Below the pieces are notes generated by a model. It was not told the origin of the DNA. It worked only from the letters and a program-made list of their open reading frames with translations, and did not search any database. The position numbers and the translations under genes were made by a program. DNA of 32,000 bases, from the NCBI GenBank assembly GCA_022646745.1, contig CP060262.1, positions 1,950,001 through 1,982,000 on the forward strand. Direction: 5' to 3'. Within the stretch, counting starts at the first letter, position 1. Each line of letters opens with the position of its first letter. This DNA is from Planctomycetales bacterium. Its GTDB lineage: Bacteria; 4484-113; JAFGCY01. Below, piece by piece: positions 7,208 through 16,713 of this stretch.

Positions 7208-8641
7208 ATGCATGAAGCACGCGAGAAATGCGGTGTCTTCGGCATCTACGCCCCCGAGCGTGATGTCAGCCGTGCGACATACTTCGGCCTGTTCGCCCTG
7301 CAGCACAGGGGACAGGAGTCGAGCGGCATCGCCGTTGTCAACGGAGAGCACATCACCTGCCACAAGGAGATGGGCCTCGTCAACCAGGTCTACAACGAGG
7401 ACGTGCTGGACCTGCTGAAGGGCAAGGCCGCGATTGGGCACAACCGTTACTCCACCACCGGCGGCAGCATCAAGTGCAACGCCCAGCCGCTGGTGTTCAA
7501 GAAGCATTTCCAGCGCGACCGCGCGCTTGCGATCGCACACAATGGCAACCTGGTCAACGCGCAGGAGCTGGCCGAGCTGCTCAGCGAAAAGTACGGCATC
7601 ACGCCTGAGACCACCAGCGACACCGAGATGATGGGCCTGCTTTTGCAGGAGTTCTACAAGCACGGCACGATGGAGGATGCACTGCTGCAGGTCGGCGAGA
7701 TGGCCCGCGGCGCGTTCAGCCTTGTGGTGCTGACCAGCCATGCGGTGTATGCGATGCGCGACCCCTGGGGCGTGCGCCCGCTGTGCCTCGGCAGGATTGA
7801 CAAAGGCTTCGTGGTTGCCAGCGAAAGCTGCGCCTTCCCGCTGATCGACGCCGAGTACGTGCGCGAGGTCGAGCCGGGCGAAGTCGTCAGGCTCGATGGC
7901 AACGGCATCACCAGCTGGGAGATCGCCCGCAAGGAGCCGCGCAAGGAGTGCATCTTCGAGTACTTCTACTTCGCACGCCCGGACAGCCTGCTGCGGGGCC
8001 GTGAGGTCTACAAGATGCGCTTCAGGATGGGCAAGAACCTGTTCGAGGAAGCGCCGGTCGAGGCTGACATGGTGATCGGCGTGCCGGAGAGCGGCCGTCC
8101 CGCGGCCGAGGGCTTCTCGGCGGCGAGTGGCATCCCGGTGCGCGAGGGCCTCGTGAAGAACCGCTACGTGGCGCGCACCTTCATCCAGCCGATGCAGAGC
8201 ATGCGCGACAGCGGTGTGCGCATGAAGTACAGCCCGCTCGGGCAGACCGTGGAGGGCAAGCGCATCGTGCTGATTGACGACAGCATCGTGCGCGGCAGCA
8301 CCACCCGCAAGATCCCGCAGATGCTGTACGAGGCCGGCGCGAAGGAAATCCACATGCGCATCTCCAGCCCGCCGATCAAGTTCCCGGACTACTACGGCAT
8401 CGACTTCGGCGACCCCAACGAACTGATTGCCAACAAGCTCAGCGTCGATGAGATCCGCGAGAAGATCGGCGTTGACAGCCTGCACTACCTGAGCATCGAG
8501 GGCCTGGTGCGGGCCACCGGGCTGCCACGCGAGGAGTTCAACCTCGCTTATTTCAACGGTGAATACCCGATCGAGCCACCCAAGGGGGCGAGGCTCGGAA
8601 AGTACATCTTCGAGGAGGCTGCGGTCAAGCAGCCTGAGTGA
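7208..8641 (+). CDS. purF: Amidophosphoribosyltransferase PurF
   Basis: It starts 1 nt after the purL stop. The N-terminus MHEAREK-CGVFGIY gives an Ntn catalytic Cys after a short propeptide. Other motifs are HRGQESSGIA, GHNRYSTTG and the PRTase motif RIVLIDDSIVRGSTT. Confidence 0.95.
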   Translation: MHEAREKCGVFGIYAPERDVSRATYFGLFALQHRGQESSGIAVVNGEHITCHKEMGLVNQVYNEDVLDLLKGKAAIGHNRYSTTGGSIKCNAQPLVFKKHFQRDRALAIAHNGNLVNAQELAELLSEKYGITPETTSDTEMMGLLLQEFYKHGTMEDALLQVGEMARGAFSLVVLTSHAVYAMRDPWGVRPLCLGRIDKGFVVASESCAFPLIDAEYVREVEPGEVVRLDGNGITSWEIARKEPRKECIFEYFYFARPDSLLRGREVYKMRFRMGKNLFEEAPVEADMVIGVPESGRPAAEGFSAASGIPVREGLVKNRYVARTFIQPMQSMRDSGVRMKYSPLGQTVEGKRIVLIDDSIVRGSTTRKIPQMLYEAGAKEIHMRISSPPIKFPDYYGIDFGDPNELIANKLSVDEIREKIGVDSLHYLSIEGLVRATGLPREEFNLAYFNGEYPIEPPKGARLGKYIFEEAAVKQPE

Positions 8642-8726
8642 TCAGGATTTGGCACCACTTGGTCGGAGGACTGGCAGGCGCAGGAAGGGCAGCCGGCAGG
8701 CACTGCCGGGTGACGAGTTCGCTCGC

Positions 8727-10076
8727 ATGCTGCTCGAGCAGATCGCTGATCCGGCCCTCGACCAGGCCAGCGCGATCAACCTGATCCGCGAACTGGCAAT
8801 CCACCTGCACGAGTTGTCCGACCACCAGAGCCTGTATGAACTGGTGCGTGACACCACCCAGCCGGAGCTCCTTCGCCGTGAATGTGCGCTGGCCTTCCGC
8901 CAGCTGGCAACCGAGCTGCTGGCTAGCGGGCCGCAGCTGGACGAGCAGTTCGATGAACAGCACTACGAGGTGGAGAACTGGCTGGTGGCGCTGGACCCGG
9001 CGGACCTCGAGGCGCGGCGCAACCGCGTGGAGCTTTTGATCGGGCTTGGCGCTGCCGACCTCGCCGCTGACGACATTGAATACATCGAACGCGCCGACCC
9101 GGATGACGGCTGGTTGTGGGAGATCCGCGGGCTGCTTTTATTCAACGCCGGGATGTACGAGGAGGCCCTGTCGCAGTACAGCTCCCTGCAGGCGCGCGAA
9201 CCGCTGTCGGTCACTGCGCTGACCGGCATCGCGCAATGCCTCGGCCGGCTCGGCCGCTTCGAGGAGGCTGTGGAGACCTGCGACCTGCTGCTGACCTACG
9301 AGTTCGAGGGGATGTGGGAGGTGCGCTTCGAGCGTGCTGTGCTCTTGCGTGACCTCTGCGAGTTTGACCGCGCGCTGGATGACTTCAACGCCTGCGAGGG
9401 CATGCCGCTGGCCGGCAGCCTGTACTTCGACCGCGGGCTGTGCCTGTTCCTGATGAGCCGGCTTGCGGATTCGATTGCCGACTTTGACAACGACCTGGAG
9501 CAGCCCGACCGCCAGGACCTCTCGCTGTGGTACCGCGGCTGCGCGCGCCTGCGGATGGGTGAGCTGGAAGGCGCGCTTGACGATTTCGAGCAGTACCAGC
9601 GCATCGGCGGCGACAGCGAATTCATCCACCAGGGGCTCGGGCAGGTGTTCCTCAGGCGCGGTGAGTTCGAGAGCGCTGACTACCACCTGCGCGCTGCATT
9701 GGGCGGGCCGATGGCCGACCACTTCAGCCGTTTCCTCTTGGCAACGCTCAACCGGCGGCGCGGTGACGAGGGCCAGGCCGGGCAGCGCTTCGACGAGGCG
9801 GTGGAGATCATCGGCTCGATGATCCAGGAGGGACAGGACGACTGGCACTCCCGCTCGGCGATGGCCTTCTACGAGGCGGTGCGCGGCGAGACCGAGGCCG
9901 CGGTGCTCAACTACCAGATCGCGATGCGCCATGCGCAGAACGAATACCTCGTGCGGCTGGAACTGGAGAACCTCGAGGAGTACGCGCGGATGTTCCCGGA
10001 GGACGAGGCGGTGGATGTCTGCAGCAAGCTGCTGACGAAGTACCTGATACTGATCGAGGCCGGCGAGTTCAGCTAG
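8727..10076 (+). CDS. TPR-repeat protein
   Basis: The sequence is helical-repeat throughout, with recurring TPR-like units (e.g. EEALSQYSSLQAREP, GRFEEAVETCDLLL, GEFESADYHLRAAL). The start is uncertain: the first ATG after the purF stop is 8727, and a TTG at 8649 is also possible. Confidence 0.65.
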   Translation: MLLEQIADPALDQASAINLIRELAIHLHELSDHQSLYELVRDTTQPELLRRECALAFRQLATELLASGPQLDEQFDEQHYEVENWLVALDPADLEARRNRVELLIGLGAADLAADDIEYIERADPDDGWLWEIRGLLLFNAGMYEEALSQYSSLQAREPLSVTALTGIAQCLGRLGRFEEAVETCDLLLTYEFEGMWEVRFERAVLLRDLCEFDRALDDFNACEGMPLAGSLYFDRGLCLFLMSRLADSIADFDNDLEQPDRQDLSLWYRGCARLRMGELEGALDDFEQYQRIGGDSEFIHQGLGQVFLRRGEFESADYHLRAALGGPMADHFSRFLLATLNRRRGDEGQAGQRFDEAVEIIGSMIQEGQDDWHSRSAMAFYEAVRGETEAAVLNYQIAMRHAQNEYLVRLELENLEEYARMFPEDEAVDVCSKLLTKYLILIEAGEFS

Positions 10077-10156
10077 CTCGATGCCGCTCCGGATTGGATT
10101 GCCAATTCGGAGTGAAGTGTGCCCGTCCGATTTCCCCCAAGCTATGCTATTTCCGC

Positions 10157-11473
10157 ATGCGCGAATTCAGCGAGACCCAGCTCGGGCATCTCTCCGAGGC
10201 GGCCACCCGGCTGCGTGAGGCCGAGCGTCCGGTGCGTATCCTGCGCTCGCTGGCCTGGCCGCAGGAGCTGTCACGCAGCTTCATTGACGGCGGCATGCAG
10301 CGCCCGCCGGAGCCGGAGTATCCGGTGTTCAACCCCCGGCCCGTGATGGACGACCTGGCGGCGATTGACCACCTGCTGGAGGGTGACAGCCCGGTGCACA
10401 ACTGGCTGCGCCGCGTCGCCTGGAGCATTGCCACCGCAGCGCGCATGCTGGCGGCGATGGGCACCGCGGAATTCCATGAGCACAGCGCCGCGCTGTACGG
10501 CACACCGGTCACGCCGCTGCAGGACGGGCAGCGCACCGCGCTCGAGCTGGCGGAGATGATCGACGAGATCATGGCCCCCTTCAACGCCAGCCCGGCCAGC
10601 TTCGGCATCGTGCCGCGCCGGGTCAGCCCGGAGCGTGTGGCCGAGCAGATCCGCAAGCGCATTGACAAGCAGTTTGGTGACAACGCCCCGCAGGTTGAGC
10701 TGGTGGACCAGCTATCCAGCAAGGCGCTGGCCGGTGCGCGCTACATCCGCATCCGCAAGGGGGCGCGCTTCACCGACCAGGATGTCGAGCAGCTGGTGAA
10801 CCACGAGGCCTTCGTGCACATCGGTACCACGCTCAACGGCGTGGCCCAGACCCGCTTCCCGATCCTGGCCAGTGCGCATGCCGGCACGACCCGCACCCAG
10901 GAGGGACTGGCGGTGTTCGTGGAGTTCATGAGCGCTGCGATGGACCCCGACCGTTTCCAGCGCCTGGCCGAGCGCGCGATCGCGATCAAGATGAGCATGG
11001 ACGGCGCGGACTTCATGCAGCTGTTCGAGTACTTCCGCGAGCGTACCGACACGCCCGAGCAGGCATTCGAATGTGCAAGGCGCGTCGTGCGCGGCGGGCT
11101 CGTGAACGGTGGCGCGCCCTTCACAAAGGACTGCACCTACGTGCACGGCCTGCTGCAGGTGCACAATTTCCTGCGCATTGCGGTGGCCAGCGGTCGGATC
11201 GACTGCATCGGCCTGATGTTCAGCGGCAAGCTGGACCTCGAGGACCTGCCGGCGCTGGGCCTGCTGGCATCCGCCGGCGCGATTGAGCCACCGCGTTACC
11301 TGCCGCCCTGCGTGTCTGACCCGCGCTTCCTCGTGAGCTACCTCGCCTACAGCTCCTTTCTGAACCGCATCGACCTGCCGGCGGTCAAGCAGCATTACTC
11401 CGACCTGCTCGGGGCCGTGCCGCAGACCGAGGTGATGGCTGGTGTGTGCTACATCGACGGGCATGAACACTGA
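10157..11473 (+). CDS. QEGLA-motif protein (DUF1704, flavohemoglobin expression-modulating family; MATCAP-like putative metallopeptidase)
   Basis: It contains the eponymous motif TRTQEGLAVFVEF and an upstream HExxxH-type motif NHEAFVHIG. The start was chosen at ATG 10157 (MREFSETQL). Confidence 0.8.
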   Translation: MREFSETQLGHLSEAATRLREAERPVRILRSLAWPQELSRSFIDGGMQRPPEPEYPVFNPRPVMDDLAAIDHLLEGDSPVHNWLRRVAWSIATAARMLAAMGTAEFHEHSAALYGTPVTPLQDGQRTALELAEMIDEIMAPFNASPASFGIVPRRVSPERVAEQIRKRIDKQFGDNAPQVELVDQLSSKALAGARYIRIRKGARFTDQDVEQLVNHEAFVHIGTTLNGVAQTRFPILASAHAGTTRTQEGLAVFVEFMSAAMDPDRFQRLAERAIAIKMSMDGADFMQLFEYFRERTDTPEQAFECARRVVRGGLVNGGAPFTKDCTYVHGLLQVHNFLRIAVASGRIDCIGLMFSGKLDLEDLPALGLLASAGAIEPPRYLPPCVSDPRFLVSYLAYSSFLNRIDLPAVKQHYSDLLGAVPQTEVMAGVCYIDGHEH

Positions 11474-11697
11474 ATCTCAAGGCAATTAAATACAGGCATG
11501 AATTCCGCTGAATTCTGGAACATAGTGCTTTGCGGCTGGTCAGACTTACACCAGACTATGAGCTGGGAGGATGAGATGGGGTGCTGCGGACATGCATCGC
11601 ATCCAGGATGGGTGCCGCGGGCTGGTCAAGGAACCAGATCACCGCAGGCGGAGGCTCCGGATGCCTTCAGGGCCGGCAGGATGGGCTGACCGGCTGG

Positions 11698-11727
11698 AAC
11701 CCGGCCTGATACCGGGTTATACTTTTC
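11698..11727 (+). terminator. Candidate weak intrinsic terminator
   Basis: AACCCGG-CCTGATA-CCGGGTT is followed by atacttttc. It lies about 225 nt after the QEGLA gene stop. Confidence 0.3.
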
Positions 11728-11757
11728 AATCTCGTATGCTGGCGAGTCAACAGGCAG

Positions 11758-12195
11758 ATGCTGAATTTTCTTAAGGGCAAGGGACCCGGAAGCAACGACT
11801 TCCCGAAGGATCCTGCAACCATGGGGGCACCCTACATCCAGGCCCGTGAATTCGTCGACGGCCATACGGAGTTCATCGCCTGGACCTGCCACCCCTCACT
11901 GATGCTCGATGAGCGTTCCACGCGCATCCCGCAGGTGATTGACGCCGAGGGCCAGAGCTTCACCCCGCAGATGGGCGCACTGGAGAATGGCACGGAGATC
12001 CCGCGCTTTGAGTCGCTGGAGGCCGCCGAACGTGCCATCCGGCTCTACAGCGAGAACCAGGCAAAGCGCAGCATTGTGCGTGAGGACCTGCTCAGTGCCG
12101 AACTGATCTACCTCGAGGAACGGCTGGATACGCTGCGTGGCATGCTGGATGCCCACAAGTTGGATGAAGACGCCCTGCCTGAGTCCTTCGACTGA
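11758..12195 (+). CDS. Hypothetical protein
   Basis: The 145-aa ORF has codon style like its neighbours and no recognisable motif. An alternative start is at M22, with AAGGA upstream. Confidence 0.5.
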   Translation: MLNFLKGKGPGSNDFPKDPATMGAPYIQAREFVDGHTEFIAWTCHPSLMLDERSTRIPQVIDAEGQSFTPQMGALENGTEIPRFESLEAAERAIRLYSENQAKRSIVREDLLSAELIYLEERLDTLRGMLDAHKLDEDALPESFD

Positions 12196-12227
12196 GCAAG
12201 CGGCCGCCACTGACCTACAATAGCCCC

Positions 12228-13286
12228 ATGGAAATTCCCCATACGATGCAGGCCGTGCGCTTCCACGAGCACGGCGGCCCCGAGGTGCTGCGCTACGAGG
12301 AAGCCCCTGTCCCCGTTATCGGCCCGAATGATGCGCTGCTGCGAGTCCGTGCCTGTGCGATGAACCGCCTCGACGTGGCAACGCGCATCGGGCCGCGCGG
12401 CTGGACCATCCCGCTGCCGCACATCCTCGGCTGTGATGTGGCGGGCGAGGTGGTGGCCTGGGGCAGCGAGGTCCGGGGACTCGAAATCGGCAAGGAATGC
12501 TTCGTACATCCAGGCCTGCCGGGGGCAGCGAGCCTGGAGCGCACTCGTGGGGATGACAACGTGGCGGCAGACTACAACATCGTCGGCCTGTTCAGCGACG
12601 GGGGCTACGCGCAGTACATCCGCGTGCCGGCCTTCAACCTGCTGCCTAAACCGGAGAGGCTCAGCTGGGAAGAGGCCGCAGCATTCCCGCTGACATTCCT
12701 CACCGCCTGGCACATGCTCGGCATGCGCCGCGCTGGCCTGCAGCCCGGTGAGAGCGTGCTGGTGATGGGTGCCAACAGCGGGGTGGGCACGGCGGCGATC
12801 CAGGTCGCCAAGGCCCGCGGGGCGGGGCTGGTGATTGCCACCGCCGGCGGTGCTGCCAATGCGCGGCGCGCGCTGGAACTAGGTGCGGATGAGGTGATCG
12901 ACCACTACGAGCATGAGGGCACGATCCACAAGCAGGTGTATGCGATCACAGGCGGCCAGGGCGTGGACGTGGTGGTGGAGCATGTCGGGGCAGCCGTGTT
13001 CGCACAGTGCGTCAAAGCGCTGAAACGCGGCGGGCGGCTGGTGACCTGCGGCACGACGACGGGTGGTCGCGCTGAGCTGGACGTGCAGATGCTGTTTGCC
13101 AAGCACCTGACGCTGTACGGCAGCTTCATGGGCTCGATGAGCGAAAGCTATGAGCTGTTGCCACTGGTGGAGGACGGCCGGCTCAGGCCGGTGGTCGACC
13201 GTGTGCTGCCGCTGTCGGATGCCGTGCAGGCGCATGTGCTGCTGGAGCAGGGCGGGCACTTTGGCAAGATCGTGCTCGTGCCGTAG
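12228..13286 (+). CDS. Zinc-type alcohol dehydrogenase / NADPH:quinone oxidoreductase family (MDR superfamily)
   Basis: The N-terminus MQAVRFHEHGGPEVLRYEEAPVP is typical of quinone oxidoreductases. GCDVAGEVV and the Rossmann motif VMGANSGVGTAAIQVAKARGA are also present. The start could be 12246. Confidence 0.85.
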   Translation: MEIPHTMQAVRFHEHGGPEVLRYEEAPVPVIGPNDALLRVRACAMNRLDVATRIGPRGWTIPLPHILGCDVAGEVVAWGSEVRGLEIGKECFVHPGLPGAASLERTRGDDNVAADYNIVGLFSDGGYAQYIRVPAFNLLPKPERLSWEEAAAFPLTFLTAWHMLGMRRAGLQPGESVLVMGANSGVGTAAIQVAKARGAGLVIATAGGAANARRALELGADEVIDHYEHEGTIHKQVYAITGGQGVDVVVEHVGAAVFAQCVKALKRGGRLVTCGTTTGGRAELDVQMLFAKHLTLYGSFMGSMSESYELLPLVEDGRLRPVVDRVLPLSDAVQAHVLLEQGGHFGKIVLVP

Positions 13287-13368
13287 AATCTAGGCGGTTG
13301 CGAAATGAGGGCGGCTCCCGTGGTTGGGTGGGCCGCCAGGGTCTTGGCTGGCAACCCGGAGACACGAA

Positions 13369-14535
13369 ATGCCCAGCGGGCGGTTGACCGCGTACGCACG
13401 CTCCTTCCTCGAGCAGCGCTTCGCGCGCAAGCCTGACGGTTCCTACTTCCCGCACCAGCCGCTGCATGGCCTGTACGGCGAGAGCGAGGCCGGCCGGCCG
13501 CTGCGCCTGGCCCGCAGCTACCGCCTGCTGCGCTGGATCGAGGCGCTGGCCCCCCATTCACTGGCCGACCTCGGAGCAGCCGAGGGCTACATTGCCAACC
13601 TCGTGCGCCTGCGGCAGGGCTGCCCGACGCTGTGCATCGATCTCTCGCTGGAGGCCTGCCGCCGCGCGGCCGAGATCCACGGACAGCCGGCCGTTGCCAG
13701 CCCGCTGCAGTCCATCCCCTTGCCTGACGACAGCGTGGATGTGGTGCTGCTGAGCGAGGTGTTCGAGCATCTCGAGGACCCAATGCAGGTCGTGCGCGAA
13801 ATGGTGCGCGTGGCCCGGCGCTATGTGGTGATCACCACGCAGGAGATCTGCATGAGCCGCGCCGAGCAGTCAATCCGCCTGCGCCTGCGTGAGCTGGACG
13901 AGGCGCATGGGGAACTCAACTGGCTGTGCAGTGCGGACCTGCATTCGCTGTTCAGTGGGCCGAGCCGCAGTGTGCCGCAGTTCCGCCGCAGCCTGCGCCG
14001 GCTGGCCGGGCAGGTGTCCCGCGAGGAAGCGATCAGCCACCTGCGCTGGCTGTCGGATGCCATACCGCGCCGCAGCGAAGGCATCATCTTCGTCGCCAGC
14101 CTCGATGGCAGCCCCGTGCCGGAGTTGCCGGCGGGTGATGACATGCAGCTCTGGCAGCAGCTGCTGGAGGGCCCGCAGCGTGCCACGGCGGGCAACGTGC
14201 AGTGGCAGCTGGCCGATGGCCGTACTGTTGAGGAGGGGCAGGCGATAGACAGCGGCACGAGCCCGGAGCAGGCGCTCGCCAGCGAGACGGAGGCACGCCC
14301 TCCGCTGGATGCAGCTGGCATCAGCCGCCTGCTGCGGCGGCTGGACACGGCGAACGTGAGCAATAGCGGGATCGAACGCAGGCTGCTTTCAAAGCAGGTT
14401 CGCATGATGGAGCGCATCGGCTACCTGACCTGCAGCGACCCATGGGAGGTGCGCAGCAACTGGCTGCGCAGCAGGCTTGGTCCGGCGGCAAGGGAAAAGG
14501 GGCCGAATCCGGACCCGGAAGCAAGCAGCGGATAG
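13369..14535 (+). CDS. Class I SAM-dependent methyltransferase with an uncharacterised ~200-aa C-terminal extension
   Basis: GGAGA lies 6 nt upstream of ATG 13369. Motif I-like LADLGAAEGY and the post-II/III segment DVVLLSEVFEHLEDPMQVVREMVRVARRYVVITT are present. I recognise no motif in the C-terminal half. Confidence 0.7.
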   Translation: MPSGRLTAYARSFLEQRFARKPDGSYFPHQPLHGLYGESEAGRPLRLARSYRLLRWIEALAPHSLADLGAAEGYIANLVRLRQGCPTLCIDLSLEACRRAAEIHGQPAVASPLQSIPLPDDSVDVVLLSEVFEHLEDPMQVVREMVRVARRYVVITTQEICMSRAEQSIRLRLRELDEAHGELNWLCSADLHSLFSGPSRSVPQFRRSLRRLAGQVSREEAISHLRWLSDAIPRRSEGIIFVASLDGSPVPELPAGDDMQLWQQLLEGPQRATAGNVQWQLADGRTVEEGQAIDSGTSPEQALASETEARPPLDAAGISRLLRRLDTANVSNSGIERRLLSKQVRMMERIGYLTCSDPWEVRSNWLRSRLGPAAREKGPNPDPEASSG

Positions 14536-14547
14536 AATCCATGCGTC

Positions 14548-16218
14548 ATGTATTGCATGCCGCGAAACATCATCACTGCCACAGCGCTGCTGCTGGCCCT
14601 GTTCCTCCTGCCGCTTCGTGCGAATGCGGAAAGCGAGCTGCGCGAGCAGTTGCGCCAGCTCAGTGACAACTCCGAAGCGAAGCGTATCGAGGCCGGTAAC
14701 TGGTTCGCCGCACACGGTCGTGAGCATATGCCGGAACTGCGGGACCTGCTGGAGGACCACGACGCCGAGCTCAGCTATGGCTCAGCGCTGGCGCTGGGCC
14801 TGATGGGCCATGCGGCGGCGGAGGCCCTGCCGGATCTGGTGGACCAGCTCACTAATCCTGACATCAATGATGTGGTGGTGCAGAGCATCATGCGCGTCAC
14901 TGACAACTGGCAGTCCGTGTTCAGCCAGCTGACCCACCACAAGACAGCATATGGCCGGCAGGTCGGCGCGCGCGCCTTTGGGCTTTGCGGCCGGGCGGAT
15001 GCAGCCGTGCCGGAACTGACCGCTCTGCTGGCGGATGACAACACTGACGTTGCCAAAGCGGCCAGCCGCGCGCTGGTCTGGTACCCTAAGGATGCGGCGG
15101 CGGCGGTGCCGGGACTGGAAGCGCAGTTGAAGCACGGCGATGCCAGCGTGCGGGCCACGGCGCTGTTCACGCTGGAGATGCTGGATGGCAGCAAGCCGGC
15201 GCGGGCGGCGCAGTCCGTCAAGGCCCTGCTGGACGACCCGGACCCGCAGGTGCGCAGCGCGGCAATCAACACCGCGGTCAAGCTCAGCCCGCAGGATGAC
15301 GCGCTGGTGAAGAAGTTCACCGCGATGCTGGAGGACGAGGATCCGGAGGTGCGGGTCAACGCAGCCTTCGCCCTGTCGCGCTTCGGCAGCCGGGCGGCTT
15401 CCGCCGTTGAAAAGCTGGCCGATACGCTTGGGCGCAAGCTGTGGTACCTCGCCCCCTACAGCTCGGAACTGGCAACGAACAATGTCTGGGCTCCACTGGC
15501 GGCACTCGGTGCGATCGGCCCGGCGGCCAAGCCCGCCCTGCCGGCCGTGCGCAAGCTCTTGGATGACCCGTACCACGCCCTGAATGCCGCCGAGACAATC
15601 TGGCAGGTCAGCGGCGACGCTGCTCCGCTGGTCGGCATCGTTGAGGACGAACTGGAAAGTGGCGACGCCGAACGCATCCTCGAGGGACTCGGCGTGGCGC
15701 GCGACCTCGGCAAGCAGGGCAGGGAACTGCTGCCGGACATCAGCCGCCTGCTGCTGAGCGATCAGGCGCTGATCCGCCAGGCCTCCGTCGAGGTGATGTC
15801 CGTGATCGCTGACGACCCCGGGATGGCGGCTGAGATGTATGCCCGCCTCCTGTCCGAGGCCAGCGGGGATGAGCGGCTGGTGATCCTCAACCGCCTGCGC
15901 GACTTCGGGAAGGATGCAAAGGTCGCTCTGCCTGAGATCAACAAGCTGCTGGCTGGCAAGGACGACTTCGAGCTGGCGCTGGCAGCCTCCACCATGTACA
16001 GCATCTCGGGAGAGATCCAGCCCAGCCGCGACGTGCTGCTGGATGTGATCGGACGTGGCAATGACGACGCGATCGCGGTGGCGGCGCATTGCCTGCGCCT
16101 TATGGGGGCCTATGCTGAGCCGGCCCTGCCGCGCCTGCGCGAGATTGCCAGTGACAAGGCGATGTCGGACAGTGCACGTAATGCGGCGCAGCGTGCGATT
16201 GACGAACTGGGCGGCTGA
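14548..16218 (+). CDS. Secreted HEAT-repeat (PBS-lyase HEAT-like) protein
   Basis: The signal peptide is MYCMPRNIITATALLLALFLLPLRANA-E. Repeated units of the type DPDPQVRSAAINTAVKL, DEDPEVRVNAAFALSRFG and DNTDVAKAASRALV run along the protein. Confidence 0.8.
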   Translation: MYCMPRNIITATALLLALFLLPLRANAESELREQLRQLSDNSEAKRIEAGNWFAAHGREHMPELRDLLEDHDAELSYGSALALGLMGHAAAEALPDLVDQLTNPDINDVVVQSIMRVTDNWQSVFSQLTHHKTAYGRQVGARAFGLCGRADAAVPELTALLADDNTDVAKAASRALVWYPKDAAAAVPGLEAQLKHGDASVRATALFTLEMLDGSKPARAAQSVKALLDDPDPQVRSAAINTAVKLSPQDDALVKKFTAMLEDEDPEVRVNAAFALSRFGSRAASAVEKLADTLGRKLWYLAPYSSELATNNVWAPLAALGAIGPAAKPALPAVRKLLDDPYHALNAAETIWQVSGDAAPLVGIVEDELESGDAERILEGLGVARDLGKQGRELLPDISRLLLSDQALIRQASVEVMSVIADDPGMAAEMYARLLSEASGDERLVILNRLRDFGKDAKVALPEINKLLAGKDDFELALAASTMYSISGEIQPSRDVLLDVIGRGNDDAIAVAAHCLRLMGAYAEPALPRLREIASDKAMSDSARNAAQRAIDELGG

Positions 16219-16225
16219 CCTGGCG

Positions 16226-16603
16226 CTAATGCCCGGCATCCAGCTCCACTGCGCCCAGTTCAATTGCCAGCTCTGACCCGAAGCGCTGCAGGGAGCGGAT
16301 CACGGGCAGGGCCCGCTGGCCCCGTTTAGTGATGCTGTACTCGGTATGCGGCGGGACCTCGGCGAACACCTGCCGCGACAGCATCCCGCTTGCTTCAAGT
16401 TCGCGCAGCTGGATCGTCAGCGCCCGGTCACTGATGCCGGCGACCGGCTGTGCCCGGTTCAGGCTGCGCTTCAGTTCGGAATAGCGCAGCGGGCCATCCT
16501 TCAGGCGCCAGAGGATCGGCATCCGCCACTTCCCGCCGACCAGTTCCAGTGCCAATTGCACCGGGTTTGCATAGGTGTGGTTGCCGATCCGGAAGGCAGG
16601 CAT
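16226..16603 (-). CDS. HxlR-family winged-helix transcriptional regulator
   Basis: NPVQLALELVGGKWRMPILWRLKDGPLRYSELKRSL…LTIQLRELEASGMLSRQVF…EYSITKRG matches the HxlR pattern. GGAGG lies upstream of the ATG at 16603. Confidence 0.85.
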   Translation of the reverse strand: MPAFRIGNHTYANPVQLALELVGGKWRMPILWRLKDGPLRYSELKRSLNRAQPVAGISDRALTIQLRELEASGMLSRQVFAEVPPHTEYSITKRGQRALPVIRSLQRFGSELAIELGAVELDAGH

Positions 16604-16713
16604 TCAGACCTCCAATATACATATATATATTAACTTACATGAAATGACATATATGCACCTGGGATATCAAGCTGCATCAATTGAATTCGGGGCCAGGCCC
16701 CGGGGAGCAGAGC
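16604..16713. promoter_or_regulatory. AT-rich divergent promoter/operator region between the HxlR regulator and the DJ-1-like gene
   Basis: This is the sharpest GC drop in the window. ACATATAT occurs at 16619-16626 and 16647-16654, and CATATATG is self-complementary. The divergent layout is typical of HxlR regulators. Confidence 0.45.

Noticed and set aside
7112-8485. 457-aa minus-strand ORF antisense to purF
   Set aside because: It is a shadow ORF; purF on the plus strand is unambiguous.
11498-11774. Small ORFs 11498-11689 (63 aa, containing a MGCCGH segment) and 11571-11774 (67 aa)
   Set aside because: They have no SD sequences and no recognisable motifs, they overlap each other, and their Arg/Gly/Pro-rich composition looks non-coding.
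14782-16263. 493-aa minus-strand ORF antisense to the HEAT-repeat gene
   Set aside because: It is a shadow ORF with an Arg/Gln/His-rich translation, whereas the plus strand has a signal peptide and regular HEAT units.
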